From assembly GCF_031769215.1 (NCBI RefSeq), contig NW_026781998.1, forward strand, positions 496,001-560,000: a DNA stretch of 64,000 nt, read 5' to 3'. Positions within the stretch are counted from its first letter, which is position 1; each line of letters starts with the position of its first letter. This document shows positions 63,220-64,000 of the stretch, piece after piece. This stretch comes from Ylistrum balloti (lineage: Eukaryota). The translations under genes were made by a program, and so were the position numbers. The notes below the pieces were generated by a model. The model saw nothing but the letters and a program-made list of their open reading frames with translations. It made no database searches and was not told the DNA's origin.

Positions 63220-63621
63220 GTATTTTCTTAAGTTACAGCTAAGATTTGTATAGAGGTGGCATATTATATAACAGAATGTTTATCTAATTAGTTTTAACGA
63301 TATATAAAAGAAATCATAAACCATCTCCTCATCTCTGTTATCTCCTTTATTTATGATCAGTCTCAAGGGGAAAATATCTTTAATTTAAGAAAAGACCATG
63401 GAAAGCCATTCACAGAACTTATTTAGTTATTGTGTATGTTGTTTATAACCAGAATTTGTGGAAGTAGATTTCTAACTTAAAAAGACATTGTCATATAATT
63501 TGAGATTGGGTGTACCTGTAATACTTGAATTGCGTGGTCATATAAGTTTCATATAAAATGGCCACTATACCAAAACTACTATCTGCAACTGAATCATATG
63601 GAATTGATGGAAGGGAGATAG

Positions 63622-64000
63622 TCATTCTGTCACTGATATCTCTCTCTCCAGCCTAAATCTGTCAATAATTACTGTCAGTAGCTGAACCATATAGAATTGT
63701 TGATAGAGAAATCCTCATTCTGTCACTGATATCTCTCTCTCCAGCCTACATCTGTCAATAATTACTGTCAGTAACTGAACCATATAGAATTGTTGATAGA
63801 GAAATCCTCATTCTGTCACTGATATCTCTCTCCCCAGCCTAAATCTGTCAATAATTACTGTCAGTAACTGAACCACATGGTATTGTTGATAGTGAGATCT
63901 TCATTCTGTCACTGATATCTCTCTCCCCAGCCTATATCTGTCAATAATTACTGTCAGTTGCTGAACCATATAGAATTGTTGATAGAGAAATCCTCATTCT
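63622..64000. repeat. 93-bp tandem repeat, at least 4 copies, runs off the window
   Basis: tcattctgtcactgatatctctctc occurs at 63622, 63715 and 63808 (period 93) and again near 63901. Confidence 0.95.

Overview
AT-rich, intron-rich animal genomic DNA, most likely a bivalve mollusc (inferred from the repeat families and gene content). It is not prokaryotic, and I saw no CRISPR array, rRNA or tRNA. Five spliced protein-coding genes can be rebuilt by hand with phase-consistent exons: a GT11 alpha-1,2-fucosyltransferase (-), SDHD (+, 4 exons, complete), LHPP (-, 7 exons, complete), SPATA24 (+, 6 exons, complete; head-to-head with LHPP) and the 5' part of EDRF1 (+, 8 exons seen, runs off the window). 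Between and within the genes are three adjacent LINEs (10-19 kb), a near full-length RTE, a Tc1 DD34E transposon, a Penelope-like RT remnant, many copies of a Helentron-associated (HINE-like) repeat and several minisatellites. Most ORFs in the track are repeat artefacts or TE fragments. I did not find a convincing new multi-gene system. The best leads concern gene structure: a minisatellite that amplifies the LHPP exon 6 end and its splice donor, a duplicated SPATA24 exon, a GC-AG first intron in LHPP, two possible in-frame N-termini for the fucosyltransferase, a cryptic coding-like remnant split by a fold-back element at 8.2-9.1 kb, and a probable assembly chimera near 42.8 kb. All homology calls come from recalled protein motifs, not database searches, and TE boundaries are approximate.
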